A stretch of 63,995 nt of DNA, counting the filler, from Chrysochromulina tobinii (taxonomy: Eukaryota), in the NCBI GenBank assembly GCA_001275005.1. It is 7 parts of 7 records of this genome, joined end to end, with 100 filler letters (N's around TTAATTAATTAA, not from the genome) between each part and the next. Parts side by side here need not be neighbours in the genome. Positions count along the whole stretch, not along the records: positions 39,567 to 48,726 come from JWZX01000810.1; positions 48,827 to 58,466 come from JWZX01000812.1; 5 more parts are not named here. One strand, 5' to 3'. Under the pieces are notes generated by a model. The model was given only the letters and a program-made list of their open reading frames with translations, was not told the DNA's origin and made no database searches. Made by a program: the position numbers and the translations under genes. Of the stretch, positions 42,502 to 53,367 are shown in pieces. Every line of letters starts with the position of its first letter. Positions within the stretch are counted from its first letter, which is position 1.

Positions 42502-43815
42502 TCACGAGTAGAAGCTGCTGGCGCCCTCGTACTCACGCGTTTCGGAGACTTGGCCGAGGTGGATGTCGGTGATGGCTTTCTCCATAGGGTTGGCTCGATG
42601 CTGCACAAAGTGCTCCTGAAGCTGCGACATGGTGACCTTCGCGCCGCCCTTTTGGCGCACGTTGGCCGCAAACAACTCGGCGTCGCTGTCGGTCGCGGCC
42701 TTGTAGAACCGCTTGAACGACTGCTTGAGCTGCTCATCGACGGCGTAGGTAAGCTCGACCTGTACGTCGCATCTGCCCGCACGCACGAGCGCCGGGTCGA
42801 GCCGGTTCTTATAGTTGGTGGTGAGGAAGATGACGGTGCCCCGCGGGTCAGCCACGCCGTCCAGCGCGTTGAGCAGGCCCGAGAATGTCACGTTGTGCGA
42901 GCCCTCGGAGCGCTCCCGGTGGTGCCCAAACAAGGCATCGACGTCCTCGAAGGCGACGACGGCCTTCTGTGGCACCGAGCACATCGCCATCCGTAAGTCG
43001 GCGTCCTCGAGCTCCCGATTGGCGAGCGACGTCATGCACACGGAGCAGTCAAAGTGCGAGGCTACCGCACGAATGAGCGACGACTTGCCACACCCGGGCG
43101 GGCCGTAGAGCAAGAACGTGCGCTTGTACGGAATCCCGTGCTCGAGGTACCACGCGCGCGACTCCGCGTCGAGGAATTTGCGCACGTCCGAGAGCACCTG
43201 GTCCTTGGCGATGTGCGGCAGGATGACCGACTCAATCGGGCGCTTGAGCAGCAGTCGCTCTCGCTGCCAACCATACTTGCTGTAGGAATACAACGCGATC
43301 TTCCCCGGCCGTGACGCCTCGTATTCGATGAGCGCGGCGCTGCACAGTTTGCGCATGGCCTCCGTGATTTCGGCTGAACGCTCCGGGTGCGACAGGGCGA
43401 GTGTCGTGTAGACGCCAAACTTGGCGCTCGGCGCACCGAAGCCTTGGCGAGTCAACATGAATTCGCGACCGCCATAAGAAATGGTCATCGAACCATAGCC
43501 AAGCAGAAGCTTGGCACTCGGTTCAGTAACCGACTCCTCGGGAGTCTCCTCATCCGAGTCCTCGCCATCCCGTCGGCTTGCGACGAGGGACGTTGGTATG
43601 GCATGGGCCACGGCGAATTCATTCAAAGCAGTCTGCAGCTGCCCGGGCAGGATTTCAATTTGCGTGCCGCTGGACAAGGACGCGGCGCCGCCGAAAGCGT
43701 TCAGGATGCGCTTCTGGGATGTTGCATCAACGACTTTGTCTGCGTTTTCAAACTGCTCTGCGAGGTCTGCGAGCTTGTCTGCGAGGTCCGGCTCGTCGCG
43801 CGCGCGCTTGGCCAT
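42502..43815 (-). CDS. BCS1-like AAA ATPase
   Basis: WYLEHGIPYKRTFLLYGPPGCGKSS, FEDVDALF, VTFSGLLNALDGV, TTNY..RLDPALVRAGRCD. Confidence 0.9.
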   Translation of the reverse strand: MAKRARDEPDLADKLADLAEQFENADKVVDATSQKRILNAFGGAASLSSGTQIEILPGQLQTALNEFAVAHAIPTSLVASRRDGEDSDEETPEESVTEPSAKLLLGYGSMTISYGGREFMLTRQGFGAPSAKFGVYTTLALSHPERSAEITEAMRKLCSAALIEYEASRPGKIALYSYSKYGWQRERLLLKRPIESVILPHIAKDQVLSDVRKFLDAESRAWYLEHGIPYKRTFLLYGPPGCGKSSLIRAVASHFDCSVCMTSLANRELEDADLRMAMCSVPQKAVVAFEDVDALFGHHRERSEGSHNVTFSGLLNALDGVADPRGTVIFLTTNYKNRLDPALVRAGRCDVQVELTYAVDEQLKQSFKRFYKAATDSDAELFAANVRQKGGAKVTMSQLQEHFVQHRANPMEKAITDIHLGQVSETREYEGASSFYS

Positions 43816-44054
43816 GGGTGCGTGACCGTATCGTCGCTCGGTCTCCTCGCCCGGTTCTAGGGCGCGGCGAGCGCGGCGACGCGCCTTGCGAGGATCGACA
43901 CGTAGAGTCTCGACGAAACATGTGTGAAATCCTCCAAAAGTTTTCATTCCTAGTAAAAGGACCACGAGATGTGAAGACTTCCTTCATAGTTACATGTATT
44001 CCAGAGAAACGCCCGATTACAAGCCTTGATTACAAGTGTTCCGTTCTTGCCTAC

Positions 44055-44195
44055 CGGTAAAAAGACACCGGGGGGAGCCGGGACACACACGACACGGGAC
44101 ACACGGACAGCCGAACCTCACAACCATCCCAACCCACCAACGCACCCGCGCGACCGCGAAACCCCGGACCATCCGAATTTTGCGTGCCGGTACGG
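44055..44195 (+). mobile_element. Partial copy of the CGGTAAAAAGACACCGGGGGGAGCCGGG MITE-like family
   Basis: Similar to the left part of 2600-2990. Confidence 0.6.
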
Positions 44196-44243
44196 TATAG
44201 GATTGCGCGATTCCCCCCCAGCACGTTTGCGGCTCCGAACCAC

Positions 44244-45233
44244 ATGGCGAACCGCACAGAGTACCTCGTAGAAGCATGCCTCTTCTCGGAAAACACCATC
44301 TTCATTCCCGAATCCTGTGCAGCGTGCTGCGGCTGTTACTCAGATAGCCTCTACTGCTGCTTTGTAAGCCGTAGCAAGAGGTGCATCTTCAAGGGCCATG
44401 ATGCATACCCCAGCCTTGTCGGGCACCGTGACGACGTCATCTGCATGAGCCAGGGCTCGTCCTACTTCGTGAAGCCGCTCTGCCTCACGGGCGAGAAGCC
44501 TGTGTGCATCGACGTTTCGTCAGGGTGTTGTTTCTCCAACCGCTACTCCTTCCCGCAGAAGAAAGAGGTGGTCTCCAAGATGAGGTACGCAGAATGCGGC
44601 TGCCAGATCTGCGAGGGCGGGGAGTGCGCACCGAAGTGCTGCACCACCGACGTGAAGCCCATCCAGTCGACGGCCTTCGGCGGCGTCGGCGTGCCCATGC
44701 ACAAGGTCAAGATCAACGAAGAGTACATCCTCTGCGCTGCCTGTTGCTGCATGACGACGATGTTCATTCCGGAGACGGACGCGGACGCGCATGGCGTCGA
44801 GGATCTTACCCGTTGCCTCTGCTGTGAGGAGGACATCAAGATTTCTATGGCTCCCGAGGCTCCGACGGACTACGCAGTCTATATTAACAACGTCTATCAA
44901 TTCGCTTGCATCTCGCCGACGACGTGTTGCAAGGGCACGAGACGAGTTTCCTGCATGATGAACAAGTACGCGTTCCCGTGCGATGACGAGGTGCCGTTTT
45001 CGATCGCGTGCTGCGGCCTCGTGCTCGTCGGTGAGAGCGCCAAGTTCAAGTCGCCCGCGCCCTTCCGCCCGAGCTCGGCCTCTCTCGTGGGAGGGGTGGA
45101 GTCGTCGTCGTCGAAGGGGGAGTACCTGCCATCTAATCTGGGGTCGAGCTTCATGTCGCAGCAGCACGGTGTCCCCGTCGCCGTCGCCGTCCCCATCAAT
45201 GGCGCGCCGGAGTCGACTGAGATGGAGCGCTAA
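44244..45233 (+). CDS. Cys-rich protein of unknown function, copy 1 (329 aa)
   Basis: Intronless ORF; near-identical paralog at 47731. Confidence 0.85.
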   Translation: MANRTEYLVEACLFSENTIFIPESCAACCGCYSDSLYCCFVSRSKRCIFKGHDAYPSLVGHRDDVICMSQGSSYFVKPLCLTGEKPVCIDVSSGCCFSNRYSFPQKKEVVSKMRYAECGCQICEGGECAPKCCTTDVKPIQSTAFGGVGVPMHKVKINEEYILCAACCCMTTMFIPETDADAHGVEDLTRCLCCEEDIKISMAPEAPTDYAVYINNVYQFACISPTTCCKGTRRVSCMMNKYAFPCDDEVPFSIACCGLVLVGESAKFKSPAPFRPSSASLVGGVESSSSKGEYLPSNLGSSFMSQQHGVPVAVAVPINGAPESTEMER

Positions 45234-46038
45234 ACCGCTCAACCAGCGAAAGCAGCGGGCGTGCCAGCGGCCCAACAGGTCAACGGGTCGACAGGAGATA
45301 TGTGTGACTCAGACGACAGAGCTCCTTGCGGGGCGGGCGCTGGGCGGGTCGAGCTGGCGGCTCCAAGGAGCTTGCATGGGAGGCCGGTGCGGTACTGTGT
45401 GGAGCGTGTGTTTGTGTAGTGAGGCGTGCGCGGGGCGGTGCGGCGCACGCGACGGCGCTGTCGTCGGCCGAGCCGCGAGCGCGAGGCGCATATTCCAATT
45501 TCCATGATATGCGGGCGAGCCGATGCCGCATCGGGGCCGCTCAACGGGGGCCCCGGCGGTGGCAGCGCGGGGGCGGCTTCGGTGGTCTCGTGTCGAGTCC
45601 TGGTGGAACGGATTTCTATTAAATGGTCAAAGACCGATTTCGTCTATCTGGTACATTCGTCGCATGTCGTGTGCCGCAGGCGCACGGCAGCCTGAGCGGC
45701 CGTTGGGACGCCATGTCGTCCCAGCGCGCCGTCGCGAGCGCGTGGAGCGCTGACGAGCCCGAGTCCGGAGGCTCCGCGTCGGCGTGCGCGTCGGCGTGTC
45801 GCGGCACGGGGCAGAGGACACTGGTGCCGACGACGCGGCGGATGCCCGACGGCGCGGGACGTGCGGCCCAATGAAGGTCTTGGGGGACGGGGCGACGTCT
45901 TGGGCGTTACCGTTGCTTCGGAGGCACCCCGGGGAATCCCCCGAGGTTACTCCTCACGAGCGCACAACGCCCAAGACGGCACCCCGGGGAATTCCCCGAG
46001 GTTACTCCTCGCGAGCGCACTCGACATGCGCATTTTGG

Positions 46039-46866
46039 TCAGTCCACTCTGCCCGCGTCGTCGCCATCGCCATCACCGGCGCCGCCGCCCTCGTCGCCAC
46101 CGCAGTGCTGCCCGGTGCGGCGAGGCTCTGCGCGGCGCCATGGCGAGCAGCCAGTAATGGGGTGCAATTGATTGTAAAAGCAGCTCTCGCCAGTGGTGCA
46201 GTGGACGCCCCAGCGGCAGGCAGGTGGCAGGTCGTGGCCTTCGTGGCCGTACGTACATGCGTCGAATTCGGTGCAGCGATTGTCGGTGCAATGGCCCACC
46301 CACCACCGCCCAGGGCGGGCCCGCTGGCAGCGCGCAATTTCCAGGTTGCGACGCTGCCGCCGCAGCTCAGCCTGCTCCTCCTCCTGCTCTCGCCTGCGCT
46401 GGATTGCAAGGCGCTGGCGCTCCGCCTCCGCTTGTGCGTGCTGCTCAAACGCTCTCAGTGCCTCGAGCGCCCCAGCGGCTTCCGGCATGGCACGCAGGTG
46501 CTCGAGCATCTCCTTGCAGACGCTTTCTTGGGTGTTATAGCAGGACGGCAGAAACTGCGGCTGGGTCTTGAGCACTTCGAGCGCCAAGATAGCAAAGGAG
46601 GCGCTCTCCGCCCGATCGACTTCTTCACCGGAGCCGAATGCTTGCGTGCTTTTGTACCGTGCGGGGGGATACTTTTCCCAGCCGAGGCCGTGCAGGAAGT
46701 CGAACGCCGCGGACGCGAAAGTCTGTGGGTACTGGCTCGTCCTGCTCCTCCTACTACTACCTTTTTTGCTTCCGCGCGCGCGCACGCGCGCCCCTCCGAC
46801 CTCGCTGCGGCCGGCTCCAGGCGCGTCGGAGGACGGCACTGCTCCCAACCATCTCTCCATTCGCCA
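46039..46866 (-). CDS. Possible small protein with a coiled coil and tandem CCCH-like zinc fingers; start uncertain
   Basis: CTDNRCTEFDACTYGH and CRWGVHCTTGESCFYNQLH near the C-terminus of ORF 46039-47304. Confidence 0.45.
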   Translation of the reverse strand, partial: WRMERWLGAVPSSDAPGAGRSEVGGARVRARGSKKGSSRRSRTSQYPQTFASAAFDFLHGLGWEKYPPARYKSTQAFGSGEEVDRAESASFAILALEVLKTQPQFLPSCYNTQESVCKEMLEHLRAMPEAAGALEALRAFEQHAQAEAERQRLAIQRRREQEEEQAELRRQRRNLEIARCQRARPGRWWVGHCTDNRCTEFDACTYGHEGHDLPPACRWGVHCTTGESCFYNQLHPITGCSPWRRAEPRRTGQHCGGDEGGGAGDGDGDDAGRVD

Positions 46867-47730
46867 TCGACCTGCGCGCCCCTTTCGCCGCGCGCCTTGA
46901 CGCGCGCGCGCTACGGAGGAGATGCGCTCGGACTCCCAAGTCGGGCCAGCTCGTGCCCGCGCAGCACGGATCGATGGCGCTGAGCGTGCGCGCGTGCTGT
47001 GCAGGTGCGGCGGCGAAAGCGCCGACGCAGCGCGCCGCGCGGCGCAACCGGCGCCGAATGTGGTGCCTCGGCCTGCGGCTTGACACCCACGGAGGCGGCG
47101 GCGGCGGCGGCGATGGAAGCTACCCGTGCTCGACACCGTCGTAATGCGACGGTGTCGAGTGCGTCTTTGCGTTCCCCACGGGGGCGCGCGCCATCGGGCG
47201 CGTCGGTACACGCAGGTTCGATGCCGCCGGCGTCTCCAACGCCGCCCCGACGGGCACGGTAGCAAGGAAGCGCATTGCAAGGCGATGTGGGATTGGGACG
47301 GCATCCAGAACCGGGGGAGGCGACGATGGCGCCATTGTCTCTACGCGCCGCGCCCCGCCATCTAGTTTCCACGCGCCGCGACCCGCCATCGTCGCCTCCC
47401 CGCCTGGTGCGTGTGCGTAACCCACAGAGGCGGCCTCGCACCGATGCCGGCCCGGCTGCGGCGTGCGCCGCAGGCCTGCGCCCGCCGCCGACCCGCCCGA
47501 CTACGTGGGAGGCGTCCGTATCCGGATAGGTGGCGTCCGCGGTTTCCGCTGACCGGGTCCGGGTGCAAGTTTTTGTATAGAGAGACGAAAAGAAAAGCGG
47601 GTCCCCAGCCCTCGCCCCCTAGGCCCATAATCGGAAACTCCGATTTCGGAACAATTAGGAGCATATATAAAATCCGGCACTCAGTCGGACTGCACGGACT
47701 CTGCACTATTTCTCTGCACGATTGCGGCAC

Positions 47731-48720
47731 ATGGCGAACCGCACAGAATATCTCTTTTCCGCATGCCTCTTCTCGGAAAACACCATCTTCATTCCCGAAT
47801 CCTGTGCAGCGTGCTGCGGCTGTTACTCAGATAGCCTCTACTGCTGCTTTGTAAGCCGTAGCAAGAGGTGCATCTGCAACGGCCATGATGCATACGACAA
47901 ACTTGTCGGGCAGCGTGACGACGTCATCTGCATGAGCCAGGGCTCGTCCTACTTCGTGAAGCCGCTCTGCCTCACGGGCGAGAAGCCTGTGTGCATCGAC
48001 GTTTGCTCAGGGTGTTGCTGCTCCACCCGCTACTCCTTCCCGCAGAAGAAAGAGGTGGTCTCCAAGATGAGGTGCGCACATTATGGCGTCCAGTGCTGCG
48101 AGGGCGGGGAGTGCGCACCGAAGTGCTGCACCACCGACGTGAAGCCCATCCAGTCGACGGCCTTCGGCGGCGTCGGCGTGCCCATGCACAAGGTCAAGAT
48201 CAACGAAGAGTACATCCTCTGCGCTGCCTGTTGCTGCATGGCGACGATGTTCATTCCGGAGACGGACGCGGACGCGCGTGGCTGCGAGGTGCTTGACCGT
48301 CGCCTCTGCTGTGAGATGGACATGAAGTTTGACATGGCTCCCGAGACTCCGACGGACTACGCAGTCTATATCGATAACATCTATCAATACGCCTGCATCT
48401 CACCGACGACGTGTTTCAAGGGCATGGCCCGAGTTTCCTGTATGATGATCAAGTACGCGTTCCCGTGCGATGACGAGGTGCCGTTTTCGATCGCATGCTG
48501 CGGCCTCGTGCTCGTCGGTGAGAGCGCCAAGTTCAAGTCGCCCGCGCCCTTCCGCCCGAGCTCGGCCGCTCTCGTTGGAGGGGTGGAGTCGTCGTCGTCG
48601 AAGGGGGAGTACCTGCCATCTAATCTGGGGTCGAGCTCCATGTCGCAGCAGCACGGTGTCCCCGTCGCCGTCGCCGTCCCCATCAATGGCGCGCCGGAGT
48701 CGACTGAGATGGAGCGCTAA
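47731..48720 (+). CDS. Cys-rich protein of unknown function, copy 2 (329 aa)
   Basis: Colinear paralog of 44244-45233. Confidence 0.85.
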   Translation: MANRTEYLFSACLFSENTIFIPESCAACCGCYSDSLYCCFVSRSKRCICNGHDAYDKLVGQRDDVICMSQGSSYFVKPLCLTGEKPVCIDVCSGCCCSTRYSFPQKKEVVSKMRCAHYGVQCCEGGECAPKCCTTDVKPIQSTAFGGVGVPMHKVKINEEYILCAACCCMATMFIPETDADARGCEVLDRRLCCEMDMKFDMAPETPTDYAVYIDNIYQYACISPTTCFKGMARVSCMMIKYAFPCDDEVPFSIACCGLVLVGESAKFKSPAPFRPSSAALVGGVESSSSKGEYLPSNLGSSSMSQQHGVPVAVAVPINGAPESTEMER

Positions 48721-48726
48721 ACCGCT

Positions 48727-48826
48727 NNNNNNNNNNNNNNNNNNNNNNNNNNNNNNNNNNNNNNNNNNNNTTAATTAATTAANNNNNNNNNNNNNNNNNN
48801 NNNNNNNNNNNNNNNNNNNNNNNNNN
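48727..48826. other. Artificial contig spacer
   Basis: N44-TTAATTAATTAA-N44. Confidence 0.98.
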
Positions 48827-50125
48827 CGTTGGAGAAGCTGCCCAATCCACTGCACTTGCATTGGGCCCGTGAAGCACATGCCCTCTGTGTCGTATCTTGC
48901 GCAGTCCATGGGCACGTTGATGACCCGTCTGAGCGTCGAGCCCGATGCTGTGGATGAGCTCGAGCCGACCAGCGGACCAACTGCAGCGGCCGTCTGCTGG
49001 GCCGCCAGCTGTGTGCCCGAGGGTGGGCCGGCCAGGGGAAGAGCTGCAGCGTCCATCTGCTGGGCCGCTAGCTGTGTGCCCGAGGGTGGCATCAGGGTCA
49101 GTGGTTATGGCATGGGCTGAAAGTATCTGAGCGCCAGGTTCTTCAAGTCAATGAGCTGGTCGAGCTGCACGGCAGCAGTCTTCGCCCTCTTCATCTCCTT
49201 TGCGCGCCCCTGTAGCTGTTGCAAGGTAGGCACACCTGCGAGGAGGAACGCACATAGGATACATACGAGATACACGTGGGATACATGCGGGATACATGCG
49301 GGATACATAAGGGATACATGTATCTGCAGCGGTTCGAGGATACATGTAGGATACATGCGGGATACATGAGGAATACATATAATGAGATACATGTATCTCA
49401 AATGTATCCGTAGAGGTATGTATCTCAGATGCAAGATACATGCGGGATACATGCGGAATACATGTATCCTCAGAGGTATCTGATATGAAGGCGACATGCG
49501 GGATACATGCAGGATTCATGCGAGATACATGTATCCTCAATGGCAATCAAGATACAATCGAGATACATTCTGGATCCATGCAAAATACATGCGGGATACA
49601 TGCGGGATACATGCGGGAAACGTGTCTCGGGGGTTTGGGGGAATGTATGGATGCCATCATGGAGAGCAGCGCACCTATCAGGCCACCCATGTCATGCTTG
49701 TGCAGAAGTGGGTCTGCTCCAGCACCCTCCAGCTCCTCTATCTTCTGCTTTGTCATGGCCACCCTTATCCCTGCTGGTTTACCGCCCTGGTCGAGCGCGA
49801 AGCGCACCAACTTCTCCTGCTGCACTGTAAGGGTTGAGTTGGCCCTCTTTTTCTCCTTTGGAATTACTCCATGGGACCCTCTGCCCTGGATCATGTAAAA
49901 ATCATTGACTTGGACCACCCTCAGCTCACGCTGGCAGTCTTCATGCCCATTGCACTGAAAGTTGGATCTGGTGCGGCCATTACCTGGGTGAGTCACATGC
50001 CATTTCCACATCCCTCCTTCTAGGGTCTTGAGCAGTGTTTGGCCTTCCTTCATACTCCCCAGGTCTCGTGCGTTTACTGGAAGCCACACTTTGGAGGAGT
50101 TGGAGCGCGGCGTGGGTCGCATCAT
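48827..50125 (-). pseudogene. Transposase-like N-terminal region; intron 49236-49674; in-frame TAA at 49105-49107
   Basis: Splicing gives LIG|VPTLQQLQ; the same frame resumes after the TAA and runs to the gap. Confidence 0.45.
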
Positions 50126-50244
50126 AATGTCTGAGGAGCGGAGCGCCGAGCGATTCGCGATTCTGCGCGCGCTGAGATACAGAACTTTTTGTTCCAGGAT
50201 CCGTCGGCGCTTTGACAAGTTCGGCGCGAGATACACGCGACTCC

Positions 50245-51012
50245 ATGGTCTCCACTCCCTCCGTGGTTGCCCAGGAGCTCGCCGAAGTCAGGGACCTGAA
50301 GGCGCTCGCTGAGGAGTGTGGCTGGGACGACAACAGCAAGGAGTACAAGGACAGGATGGCAAGCATCAACAAGAAGTACAAGGCCCTGATGAAGATGGGC
50401 AGCATGACCGTCAGCATGCAGGGGGGGTCGTCTTCTGCGAAGCAGACCAAGCAGAACTTCATCTGGGTAGATTCGGCGACGAGGGACGCCGGCGACCTGG
50501 AAGAGGCGGTGAAGCTGCTCCCCGAGGTCTTCGGCGAGGGCAAATACGGCACTTCTGGCGTCTTCTCCCGTGGCGGCAAGCAAAAATTCAAGGAGGAGGA
50601 GTGCGTGTGGAAGCGCGTGTCCAAGGATGGCAAGCACTACCGCATCATCCAGCACTCCACCGGCTACTTCTACCAGAAGGGCTTCCTGCCCTCCGACACC
50701 GCGGAGGGCGAAGATGACGAAGAGGATGCTGAAGAGGAGGAGCAGGATCGCATCGAGGAGCAGGGCGGCGAAGAAGATGAGCCTCCAGAAAAACCAACCA
50801 AGCCAGCCAAGAAGGGAGCAAGGCACCTGCTGTGGCTGCTGTTGCACCTGCCAAGGCACCTGCCAAGGGGCGTAAGGAGGCGCCCGAGGCGGCGTCCCCG
50901 CGCGCATCCAAGGCCAAGCGCCAGCGCAAGTAGGGCTCGAGATACGTATCCTGATGTATCCCAAATGTATCCGACATATATCGTGAGTGTATCTTGTGTG
51001 TCTCGTATCTGA
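50245..51012 (+). CDS. Hypothetical transposon-associated protein with an acidic/basic tail
   Basis: ORF divergent from the transposase-like ORF; 3' end may be frameshifted. Confidence 0.5.
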   Translation: MVSTPSVVAQELAEVRDLKALAEECGWDDNSKEYKDRMASINKKYKALMKMGSMTVSMQGGSSSAKQTKQNFIWVDSATRDAGDLEEAVKLLPEVFGEGKYGTSGVFSRGGKQKFKEEECVWKRVSKDGKHYRIIQHSTGYFYQKGFLPSDTAEGEDDEEDAEEEEQDRIEEQGGEEDEPPEKPTKPAKKGARHLLWLLLHLPRHLPRGVRRRPRRRPRAHPRPSASASRARDTYPDVSQMYPTYIVSVSCVSRI

Positions 51013-51411
51013 GGGTTAGGATACATTGTATCTTAAATGTATCCTGAATGTATCCTGAACGTATCGTAAAGAAGGATACATATCCCTGGTTAAGATACAT
51101 TTCCAATGATGCCAAAGTCACAGATACAATTGTATCCTGATGTATCTCGATGTATCCTGATGTACATGTACGGGACACATCAAGATACGATCAGGATACA
51201 TGCAGGATACATCAGAATACATCGGGATACGTATCCGATAGGAAACCACCCCCAAAAAGGATAGGAAACCCCACGTGACCCGGCAGCGCCCAGAGTTCAC
51301 ATGACTCGTATCCGCCAAAACACAGGACACTGAGCTGCGTGTTGAGTTTGCTATCAGGCTGGGCTACTCAAATCAATCTTCATACAATCCGAGTTCGCTT
51401 AAGGGTTGAGG

Positions 51412-53031
51412 ATGCAAAAAAGGCAACAAGCGGCTCTGCCGACAGCCTGGCGCGACGGCGAGTTGTACACACCGCACAATGTCGGGTACGACGGTGAAAG
51501 CGGCGAGTTGTCCTACAGCGAAGATGACGACAAGCACAGGTGCCGCCATGTGCAGAGCCAGCGGAACCAATCGGCGGTACAAATCTTGCGGTACGTATGG
51601 CGCTGCGCCCACTGCACGTGCTACCTGCTACTAATGCTAATTACGGTGGGCACGTTCGAAACCTACGGTGCGAAAGCACTCATAAAGTGCCGAGTGGACC
51701 CGAACTGTGCCAACGCACTTGAGACTGGCAGCACAGCTTTTGCACGAGCGCGATCTGATGTGCCTGTCGACGATCTACGCCAGAAGGGCATGGGCCACTT
51801 CCATCAATTCATCGAGCCCGCACGCAACGCAAGCGGTGTGGGAGCTTCCGACGCTGCCACATCTGACTCGGCCCACACCCAGCATAACAACGAGTGGCCC
51901 ACACCCACACCCAGCACTCAGGGCAGCCGCGCAGTGACTCGCCACTCGGATGTATTGACCGGCACGGTGGACTCTTCCTCATCGTCACTTGAGCGAAGAG
52001 CGTCGCCGGAACAAGGCACTTCAGGCACCAGTGAGCACCGGTGGAGGCCGCTGGATCCAGATTCTCTTGTGGCCTCACCGCCGCTCACACCGCTGCTCCG
52101 CTTCCGACCGCCTTCGAATGGCGACGTCTTCCTGTCTCAGCTCGCTCGGCCACCGCCACCTCTGCCACTGCCTGCATCTTCGAGCCACTCTCCAGCCGAT
52201 TCGAGTCTCGGAGCCATGCATCTGGCTGCGCCGTCGACCGTACCAGTGTCGTCAATACCCTCAGTGTCGTCAGCGTCATCAAAGATGGCCGAGCGTCCCC
52301 AATGCGTCTCCTATGGCTCCAAATGTGGAGGCAAGGGCTGGGTGGGCCCCACACTGTGCTGTGCCACCGCAGGAGGCTCCCTGCCCCGATGCTACCAGAA
52401 GAACGCGTTCCACTGGGGCTGCCGCATTGCGTGCCCGGGGCTCACTGATTGGGCCTGCGCGGCGGAGCCCATGACGGCTCCAGTACCAGCGAGCCGAGGA
52501 TCGAGCCCTGCGCCTCCCTTTCCCCCCTATCTTTTCGCCTTTCTCACGCCTGCCCTGAAGGCACGCGTCGAGGAGATTCATTGGAGCGCCACACGACACG
52601 TCTCGCGTGACGCGCCGCGAGTCACGCCACGGCAAATACTGTCAACTGCACCGCGTGCTGCTCCCCCAGAGAACTCGGTTGAGGCATGGGTAGAAACCTC
52701 GGTGTCAGCTGACACCCCTTTGCCTGGGGCGCCCGCTGCTGCTTTTGTTCACTCCACTTCCACCTTCCTGTCAGCATGGCCAGCAATCCTCTCCTCCTCG
52801 CCGCCGCCGCCTTTGCTGACCTTGGGAGCAGTCGCGCCGCCGCCCCCGCCCTCGAAGAGTCCTGCCGCCGGTAATCCGGCGACGTGTTCCAGTAGTCCCC
52901 CCAATGACGTACCCCACGCGCAGTGTCAGTCGTTCTGCATACCCCTTGCGGCCAAGAGCCACTGCAGGTGGTGCAAGTGCCGCCGTTGCAGCTACTGCCG
53001 GTCGTTGGACGCTGGACGCTCCGATTCATAG
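51412..53031 (+). CDS. Type II membrane protein with a CBM1-like domain, Pro/Ser linkers and a C-terminal Cys-rich module
   Basis: N-terminal TM helix; CVSYGSKCGGKGWVGPTLCC...CYQKNAFHWGC; CQSFC...HCRWCKCRRCSYC. Confidence 0.75.
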   Translation: MQKRQQAALPTAWRDGELYTPHNVGYDGESGELSYSEDDDKHRCRHVQSQRNQSAVQILRYVWRCAHCTCYLLLMLITVGTFETYGAKALIKCRVDPNCANALETGSTAFARARSDVPVDDLRQKGMGHFHQFIEPARNASGVGASDAATSDSAHTQHNNEWPTPTPSTQGSRAVTRHSDVLTGTVDSSSSSLERRASPEQGTSGTSEHRWRPLDPDSLVASPPLTPLLRFRPPSNGDVFLSQLARPPPPLPLPASSSHSPADSSLGAMHLAAPSTVPVSSIPSVSSASSKMAERPQCVSYGSKCGGKGWVGPTLCCATAGGSLPRCYQKNAFHWGCRIACPGLTDWACAAEPMTAPVPASRGSSPAPPFPPYLFAFLTPALKARVEEIHWSATRHVSRDAPRVTPRQILSTAPRAAPPENSVEAWVETSVSADTPLPGAPAAAFVHSTSTFLSAWPAILSSSPPPPLLTLGAVAPPPPPSKSPAAGNPATCSSSPPNDVPHAQCQSFCIPLAAKSHCRWCKCRRCSYCRSLDAGRSDS

Positions 53032-53367
53032 GCGAATCGACCCGCGTTCCCACACTGCCTTAGTGCCTTTCTATCTCACCAGCAACTCCTGCAGACTGCC
53101 TCAAAAAGGACCAGGGCGTGCCTTCCTGTCACTTGCCCTTTTGAGTCGACCTTGGACCCAAACACGCCTACTGTAGGGGAGGGCGGGGACGTGGAGTTGC
53201 ACACGATAGCGCCATTTACCCGGAAGTTCACACTTCTCTATTTCACACTTCAACTCCGCCATCGCCTCCGCCGCCATCCCCACCGCCATCGCCTCCGCCG
53301 TGCCGCCTCCGCCATCGCCTCCGCCGCCATCCCCGCCGCCGTCTCCACCGCCTTCACCGCCTCCGCC

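Larger units (their letters stand above)
48827..51282 (-). mobile_element. Putative MULE-like DNA transposon, truncated at the gap, with GATACAT-rich subterminal and intronic repeats and two divergent ORFs
   Basis: Terminus ...GGAAACCCCACGTGACCCG; dense GATACA/TGTATC motifs at 49250-49620 and 50940-51240; ORF with FQCNGHEDC-x-H (WRKY/GCM1-like finger). Confidence 0.55.

Noticed and set aside
25323..49107. Alternative genetic code suggested by in-frame TAG (25323) and TAA (49105)
   Set aside because: TAG, TAA and TGA all terminate well-supported genes here; isolated mutations are a simpler explanation.
49105..49898. ORFs rich in CIPHVSRMY
   Set aside because: Translations of the GATACAT repeat inside an intron.
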